From positions 32,857,648 to 32,921,647 of the forward strand of contig NC_092673.1 of assembly GCF_964355755.1 (NCBI RefSeq): 64,000 nucleotides of DNA. Reading direction: 5' to 3'. This document shows positions 63,441 to 64,000 of the stretch, one piece after another (positions within the stretch are counted from its first letter, which is position 1; each line of letters begins with the position of its first letter). Source of the DNA: Antedon mediterranea. Its lineage: Eukaryota > Animalia > Echinodermata. The notes under the pieces are model-generated. The model saw only the letters and a program-made list of their open reading frames with translations, searched no databases and was not told the DNA's origin. The position numbers and the translations under genes were made by a program.

Positions 63441-64000
63441 TTTTTTTCTCTTTTGTGGCGCAAACACCACTTTTATTCACATTCATATTATCTTATATTA
63501 CATAAAATCGTATTATTTAACTTGTAAATGTCGTTACAGTTCATAAGTAACATTTTTACATATATGAATTCTGTATTACTCCTTTTTTTATTAATTTTCT
63601 TATATTTTGTTATACACTTGACAGGATCATCATTATCATCTATCCCGTTTTAAAATAGTTCACACATTTTCATTTGTTTGTTTTCATTTTACAACCCGGA
63701 TTTATACAATATATTTATATACATGATAAAAAAAAACAATAATAGCTCAGTACCACCAATAACCCGTATCACTGTAATTCTTTTTCGGTTAATCGTATCA
63801 AATTATAAATTATATTATCATAATCTTATTTCTTAAAGCTACCCATTTTTCTATACTTGTTTCTTTATTGTTATATGTTTCACATTCAATGTTATATAAC
63901 ATATTGCTTTTAAATGAATTCCATAAAGATTTACCCACTGGCTTATTTAGTGCAGATAACATTTTTATTCTATAAATAGTAAATGCTGCAAAAGTGTAAA

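Overview
Eukaryotic, very AT-rich, repeat-dense animal DNA, probably a marine invertebrate; the taxon cannot be fixed from sequence alone. No rRNA, tRNA or CRISPR features were seen. The host genes are two tandem minus-strand paralogues of the very large inducible GTPase family (GVIN1/VLIG, URGCP-related): one intact single-exon ORF (34218-38945, 1575 aa) and one disrupted copy (14439-19079). A decayed five-exon block of an SLC44/choline-transporter-like gene lies upstream (49568-52454). Between the GVIN copies sits a 7.26-kb near-perfect palindrome with ~3.54-kb arms, TATGGC..GCCATA termini and a 6-bp TSD (IS3EU-like signature), inserted in a CR1 LINE tail. The remainder is layered mobile DNA: Ty3/Gypsy pol and LTR ends, CR1/Tx1/L2-type LINE remnants, Penelope-like pieces carrying minimal hammerhead ribozymes, several MITEs with identifiable TSDs, and Helentron-type HINE repeats. 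All family assignments are by motif recognition and manual reading, not database search.
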